A stretch of 64,000 nucleotides of DNA from Dehalococcoidia bacterium UBA5760 (GTDB lineage: Bacteria > Chloroflexota > Dehalococcoidia > Dehalococcoidales > UBA5760). Made by a program: the position numbers and the translations under genes. Shown here one piece after another: positions 59,499-64,000 of this stretch (the stretch's first letter is position 1; each line of letters begins with the position of its first letter). The notes below the pieces were generated by a model, which did no database searches, had not been told where the DNA came from, and was given only the letters and a program-made list of their open reading frames with translations. The stretch spans positions 106,662 to 170,661 of the forward strand of contig DIFA01000019.1 in assembly GCA_002418895.1 (NCBI GenBank). The letters are read 5' to 3'.

Positions 59499-60053
59499 AT
59501 GATAGAAATGACCATTGATAGCATCCGGGTCAGTCTGATGAACTACCAGCGGGTGGTAATCTTAAAGGAGAAGGATACGGAGCGTTACCTGCCTATCTGG
59601 ATCGGTGCTGCCGAAGCGGATGCTATAGCGGTCAAGCTGCAAAATGTTAATGTTCCGCGGCCTCTGACTCATGATCTATTGCAATCGGTAATAGAAGTAC
59701 TGGGAGCCAGCATCAATTCCATTATCGTCAGCGACCTGAAGAACGATACGTTCTATGCCCGGATTTTACTCAACGTGGATGGTGGTTTAATGGAGGTAGA
59801 CTCCCGCCCCAGCGATGCGCTGGCTCTTGCAGTGCGGGCGGAGGTGCCTATCTATGCCGAAGAGTCGGTTCTGGATAAGGCCGGCATCTTCCTGGATAAG
59901 GAGTCCGGCAAGCCTACCTTCGGAGAAAGCGGATTAGATGATGCCGAGGGTGAGAAGAAGGCAATCAGCGAAGAAGAGATGAAAAAGATGTCGGCTTTCC
60001 AGGAATTTATTAACACCCTTGACCTGGATGATTTTGATAAGCGTAAGTCTTAA
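59499..60053 (+). CDS. Bifunctional nuclease (BFN/DUF151) family protein
   Basis: VVILKEKDTERYLPIWIGAAEADAIA...RPLTHDLL...ARPSDALALAVR pattern. ATG 59499 follows GGGGAGG. Confidence 0.7.
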   Translation: MIEMTIDSIRVSLMNYQRVVILKEKDTERYLPIWIGAAEADAIAVKLQNVNVPRPLTHDLLQSVIEVLGASINSIIVSDLKNDTFYARILLNVDGGLMEVDSRPSDALALAVRAEVPIYAEESVLDKAGIFLDKESGKPTFGESGLDDAEGEKKAISEEEMKKMSAFQEFINTLDLDDFDKRKS

Positions 60054-60081
60054 ACCTGACTACTAATGGTATAAATAACAC

Positions 60082-60119
60082 ATCCCCCCTCTGCTCGGAA
60101 TAATTAGCAGAGGGGGGAT
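60082..60119. terminator. Bidirectional terminator hairpin between convergent genes
   Basis: ATCCCCCCTCTGC, 12-nt loop, GCAGAGGGGGGAT, a perfect 13-bp stem. The flanks are A/T-rich on both sides. Confidence 0.6.
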
Positions 60120-60180
60120 AATTTCGCTTGGTAGACTACTATCCGGCCTATTCAGAATCCTGATAAATAAAAGGTTCTTT

Positions 60181-60408
60181 TTAGAGAATTTCGAGCGATG
60201 CCCTGGTGCCTGCCTTAGCTGCTTTCACCCTTATCAAGGTTCGTATGGCGGCTGCAATTCGACCCTGTTTACCAATAACCCTTCCTTTGTCATCATCGGC
60301 AACCTGCAGGGTAAACTTGGCGCCCTCTTCATCGTTTTCTTCGGTAACGACCACGTCGTCAGGTGCATTGACAATTGATTTAGCGATGTATTCTATTAGT
60401 TCCTTCAT
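60181..60408 (-). CDS. KH-domain RNA-binding protein (YlqC/UPF0109)
   Basis: 75 aa with the [19 protein letters not shown] motif. It overlaps the rpsP stop by 4 nt. Confidence 0.85.
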   Translation of the reverse strand: MKELIEYIAKSIVNAPDDVVVTEENDEEGAKFTLQVADDDKGRVIGKQGRIAAAIRTLIRVKAAKAGTRASLEIL

Positions 60409-60695
60409 GATTTCTCCTTGAATTTCTTGAACTTTTCTATGATTCCTGTTTTGGATAGCAGCCTGTTAGCAGTAACTGTCGGTTGTGCCCCCTGCCCCAG
60501 CCAGTGCAACGCTCTCTCCTCATCAATCACCACTGTCTCCGGATCGGTCAGGGGATCGAAATGCCCGATGACTTCGATGAATGCTCCGTCGCGGGGTGCC
60601 CGAGTATCAGCAATCACCACCCGGTAACTCGGCCTCTTCTTCGCTCCTACTCGTCGTAACCTGATTTTTACCAATTGCCCAGCAACCTTCCTCAT
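60405..60695 (-). CDS. rpsP: 30S ribosomal protein S16
   Basis: [22 protein letters not shown]. The canonical S16 N-terminus begins at an internal TTG (codon 8), so the start is ATG 60695 or TTG 60674. Confidence 0.9.
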   Translation of the reverse strand: MRKVAGQLVKIRLRRVGAKKRPSYRVVIADTRAPRDGAFIEVIGHFDPLTDPETVVIDEERALHWLGQGAQPTVTANRLLSKTGIIEKFKKFKEKS

Positions 60696-60743
60696 TAATA
60701 TTATCCCTATTATGCGCTACCAACTATTTGACTGTCAATAGCT

Positions 60744-61511
60744 ATGGCTGTGACTTCGCAGCGGTTACATTTGCCAGTAAGTCGTTATAATAGCTATAAT
60801 CAGAAGGTGAAGGTAGCAAGACTGCACAGTTGGAGAGTCAGTGCCGCTCAGGCTATTGATATCCAGCGAAGACTAGCGGGAAGAGTGTCACGTGACGGTA
60901 AACCGGGCAGTTTCCGCTTTGTTGCCGGTGTAGACATATCGGTAAGCAGGGCACTGGGCACGGCTACGGCAGCGGTCGTCGTCTTAAGATACCCCGAGCT
61001 TACAGCAGTAGAGATAAAGAAAGCCAGCGGCAGGCTTACTATTCCCTACATCCCGGGGTTGCTGTCGTTTCGGGAGTCTCCCCTGATTCTAGCCGCCTGC
61101 CGTAAGGTCAGCCTCACTCCCGACCTTATCCTGGTTGACGGACAGGGAATTGCCCATCCTCGGCGGGTAGGGCTAGCTTCCCACCTGGGACTTTTGCTGC
61201 GGATACCGACCATTGGCTGTGCTAAATCACTGCTTTGCGGTAAATATACGGAGCCCGGTAATGAGCCGGGGGACTACAGCGAAATATTGGATAACGGTGA
61301 GACTATCGGCGCTGCGCTGCGCACCAGAGCCGGCGTGAAGCCTATTTATGTGTCCACAGGGCACCTGATTGGCCTCGAACCGGCTATATACCGGGTGCTG
61401 GAGTGCTGCCGGGGCTACCGATTACCCGAACCCACCCGTCTGGCCCACCTGGCTGCGGGCGGGAATCTGAAACCGGAAAATGATTACGGGAAGGCAGAAT
61501 GCAGGAGTTAA
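60744..61511 (+). CDS. nfi: Endonuclease V
   Basis: AGVDIS, YIPGLLSFRE and DGQGIAHPRRVGLASHLG motifs. The start is uncertain: ATG 60744 has no RBS, and GTG 60807 is also possible. Confidence 0.85.
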   Translation: MAVTSQRLHLPVSRYNSYNQKVKVARLHSWRVSAAQAIDIQRRLAGRVSRDGKPGSFRFVAGVDISVSRALGTATAAVVVLRYPELTAVEIKKASGRLTIPYIPGLLSFRESPLILAACRKVSLTPDLILVDGQGIAHPRRVGLASHLGLLLRIPTIGCAKSLLCGKYTEPGNEPGDYSEILDNGETIGAALRTRAGVKPIYVSTGHLIGLEPAIYRVLECCRGYRLPEPTRLAHLAAGGNLKPENDYGKAECRS

Positions 61512-62606
61512 AGAACAAACTGGAAGATTTAAAGGCTAGAGTATCTATGGCTCTGGTGCATCTTTGACATTAAGGCTAAAGAGAAGGAGATTGTTCGACT
61601 GGAGAAAGAGACCGCCGAGACTGGTTTCTGGTCGGATCAGAAGAAGGCACAGGGTGTGATGCAACGGCTGGCAGACAACAGGAAGCTGGCTGAGCGGTGG
61701 CGCGGGTTAGAGAAAAGGGTAGCCGATACCATGGAGCTTCTCAATCTGGTTGAGGAGGAAAGTAACCAAAAACTCGAGGGAGAAATACAGTCCGAAGTCG
61801 AAGAGATGGCAGCCCACCTGGATGAACTGGAACTCGAGCTGGCCTTTAGCAGCGAGTATGACACCAGAAATGCCATCCTGTCCATTCATGCCGGGGCAGG
61901 CGGTACCGAGTCCCAGGATTGGGCAGAGATGCTGATGAGGATGTACCTGCGCTGGTCTGAGCGGCATGGCCACCGGGCGGAGATACTCGACGTTTCTCCG
62001 GGTGAAGAGGCGGGAGTGAAGAGCGTGGTTATTGAAATTACCGGCAGCTATGCTTACGGTTACCTGCAATCGGAGCACGGCGTTCATCGTCTGGTCCGTA
62101 TCTCTCCTTATGATGCCGACCGTGCCCGTCATACCTCATTCGCTATGGTCGAAGTTATGCCCGAGGCCGAGACCGATGTTGATATCAGGATAGAGCCGGA
62201 TGACATCAGGGTCGATGTCTTCCGCTCCAGCGGACCGGGGGGACAGCACATGCAAAAAACGAGCAGTGCCGTCAGGATAACCCATCTAACGACGGGGTTG
62301 ATAGCGACTTCACAGAGCGAGCGCTCCCAGCACCAGAACAAGGAGATTGCCATGAAGCTGCTTCAATCACGGCTGCTGGAGCTTGAGCTTAAGAAAAAAG
62401 CTGAGGAAAGAGCACGGCTGAAGGGAAAACGTATATCGGCGGGCTGGGGTAACCAGATTCGCAGCTATGTTCTGCATCCCTATCGGATGGTAAAAGATCA
62501 CCGGACGAACTATCAGACCGGCAACACCGACGACGTACTGGACGGAGGATTGGACGGACTGATAACCGCCTATCTCAGGGAAAATATCGGGGGGGGAAGA
62601 AGATGA
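61499..62606 (+). CDS. prfB: Peptide chain release factor 2, expressed via a programmed +1 frameshift (61499..61564 joined to 61566..62606)
   Basis: Frame 0 reads MQELKNKLEDLKARVSMALVHL, then TGA. The site is CTT TGA C. The +1 frame continues DIKAKEKEIVRLEKE... through the GGQ motif (SGPGGQHMQ). Confidence 0.92.
61562..61568 (+). promoter_or_regulatory. RF2 autoregulatory +1 frameshift site CTT TGA C
   Basis: The heptamer is identical to the E. coli prfB shift site. A weak SD-like GGTG lies 3 nt upstream. Confidence 0.85.
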
Positions 62607-63760
62607 TTAGAAAGACAGCCCCGCTGGTACTGGCTGCCTTCATGATACTGGCTCTTTTCAGTCCGGGTATGGCCCGGGCCGGGGATGGGCCGAGGGTACT
62701 GGATAACTCGGTGCAGGCGGAGTTTCCCTACCGGATCAGTTTCAGTCTGTCGGCAGATAGTGATGCCGATATTACCGATATCCGTCTCTGCTACCGGGTT
62801 GACCAGACAAAATTCGCCCAGGTCAGCAGTGAAGTCTATATTGATTTTGTGCCGGCTACCAGCGTCTCCATTGACTGGGCCCTGGAAATGCTAAAAATAG
62901 GAGGCCTTCCTCCCGGATCCAATCTGGAATACTGGTGGAAGATAGAAGATGCCAACGGCGATAGGATATCCACACCACCGGCCGGAATAGTGTTTGATGA
63001 CAGCCGCTATTCCTGGCAGAGTCTGACCGAGGGTCAGGTCACCATGTACTGGTATCAGGGAGATCAATCATTTGCCGGGGAGTTGATGCTGGCTGTCCAG
63101 CAGGCGCTTGAGCGTCTTAACGAGTATACCGCTGCCCAGCTCGAGCGGCCGGTTAAGCTCTATATCTACGCCGATGCCCAGGATCTGCGGGGGTCGATGA
63201 TCTATTCCCAGGAGTGGACCGGCGGGGTTGCCTTCACCCGCTACGGAATTATGGCTATCGGTATTGCTCCTGATAAGCTTGACTGGGGCCGGAGAGCAAT
63301 CGCCCATGAGCTAACCCACCTGGTCATACACCAGGTGACGCTCAACCCTTATAATACGATACCGACCTGGCTTGACGAGGGTCTGGCGATGCGTAGTGAA
63401 GGGCCGCTGCCGGAATCATTCCGCTCCTATCTGGATAGGGCGATAGCGGATGGCAGCCTCATCTCGGTACAGAGTCTGGCGTCGCCGTTTTCCGCTTACA
63501 CCGATAAGGCCTCCCTTTCCTACGCCCAGAGTTACAGCCTGGTCGAGTTTCTCACCGATAGCTACGGTCAGGACAAGATGTTTGATCTGTTAAATAACTT
63601 TCAAGAAGGCAGCTCCTATGACGGGGCACTGATAAAAGTATACGGCTTCGATATGGATGGCCTGGACTATCTGTGGCAGGACTGGGTCACCCGGTCAGGG
63701 CAGCCGGCTGCAGAGAATGACCTGCATCTTGAGCTGGAAAAAGTCGCTGATGGAAAGTGA
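62603..63760 (+). CDS. Secreted peptidase-MA-like zinc metalloprotease
   Basis: Signal peptide and an HELTH (HExxH) motif with a downstream E (WLDEGLA). ATGA overlap with prfB. Confidence 0.55.
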   Translation: MIRKTAPLVLAAFMILALFSPGMARAGDGPRVLDNSVQAEFPYRISFSLSADSDADITDIRLCYRVDQTKFAQVSSEVYIDFVPATSVSIDWALEMLKIGGLPPGSNLEYWWKIEDANGDRISTPPAGIVFDDSRYSWQSLTEGQVTMYWYQGDQSFAGELMLAVQQALERLNEYTAAQLERPVKLYIYADAQDLRGSMIYSQEWTGGVAFTRYGIMAIGIAPDKLDWGRRAIAHELTHLVIHQVTLNPYNTIPTWLDEGLAMRSEGPLPESFRSYLDRAIADGSLISVQSLASPFSAYTDKASLSYAQSYSLVEFLTDSYGQDKMFDLLNNFQEGSSYDGALIKVYGFDMDGLDYLWQDWVTRSGQPAAENDLHLELEKVADGK

Positions 63761-63762
63761 GG

Positions 63763-64000
63763 ATGAAGTCGATACCGGTGAGAAGAATTCTTACGGTTGC
63801 CTTGATATTGGCCGGACTGCCCTTTTTATTATCATCCTGTACTCCCGGCATACCAGCGGATGAATACTATAAGCTGCAGGCCGATCTGGATGCGGCAAAT
63901 CAGGAAATAGACGAGATAACAGCAGAACTGGCGCAGCTTGAAGCAGACCGCCGGGAACTACAGGACAATTATACCAGTCTGTATAACGACTGCCAGAGCT
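63763..64000 (+). CDS. Lipoprotein with a coiled-coil region (3' end lies outside the window)
   Basis: ATG 63763 after GTGAGG. Lipobox LSSC, followed by the heptad-like sequence YYKLQADLDAANQEIDEITAELAQLEADRRELQ. The frame is open to the window end. Confidence 0.55.
   Translation, partial: MKSIPVRRILTVALILAGLPFLLSSCTPGIPADEYYKLQADLDAANQEIDEITAELAQLEADRRELQDNYTSLYNDCQS

Overview
This is a bacterial chromosomal window made up almost entirely of housekeeping genes. Gene content and order suggest a Dehalococcoidia-like Chloroflexota genome: a short EF-Ts, an archaeal-type ApgM, many lipoproteins, and the rpsB-tsf-pyrH-frr-uppS-cdsA-dxr-rseP-ispG block. That assignment is inference, not a search result.

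Recognisable content:
- pheST, proS, and the isoprenoid/translation block.
- pgk-apgM-tpiA, miaA, dapF plus an aminotransferase, and hflX.
- A tRNA cluster (Glu, Thr, Tyr, Thr) leading into tuf-rpmG-secE-nusG-rplKAJL.
- comM, uvrA, an sbcC-like gene, rpoD-dnaG-dgt-ppsA, rpsP, nfi, and prfB with its programmed +1 frameshift.
- Seven tRNAs. I saw no rRNA and no CRISPR array.

The non-routine parts are small:
1. A Fe-siderophore/cobalamin-type ABC uptake operon (16.8-21.2 kb). It has a strong promoter, a perfect 24-bp palindromic operator and a long leader with a cobalamin-riboswitch-like core ending in an intrinsic terminator. Between the binding-protein and permease genes sits a BioB/HydE-like radical-SAM gene with an atypical CX5CX2C cluster motif.
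2. An AT-rich islet (21.2-22.7 kb) between that operon and the 3' end of tRNA-Arg. It holds an IS3-type transposase remnant and an AlbA_2/Schlafen-like gene.
3. A tRNA-flanked patch (31.1-35.2 kb) with a 577-aa transglutaminase-fold protein, an OB-fold lipoprotein, a chagasin-like lipoprotein and a possible 26-aa membrane peptide.

Other oddities:
- hflX has no canonical start codon for its conserved N-terminal domain.
- EF-Tu carries a four-cysteine insertion.
- L7/L12 has a possible 46-aa N-terminal extension.
- RF2 reads SPY where SPF is canonical.
- The sbcC-like gene has no adjacent sbcD.

I did not find a clear multi-gene novel system. The radical-SAM-containing transporter operon and the AlbA_2 islet are the best candidates for follow-up.
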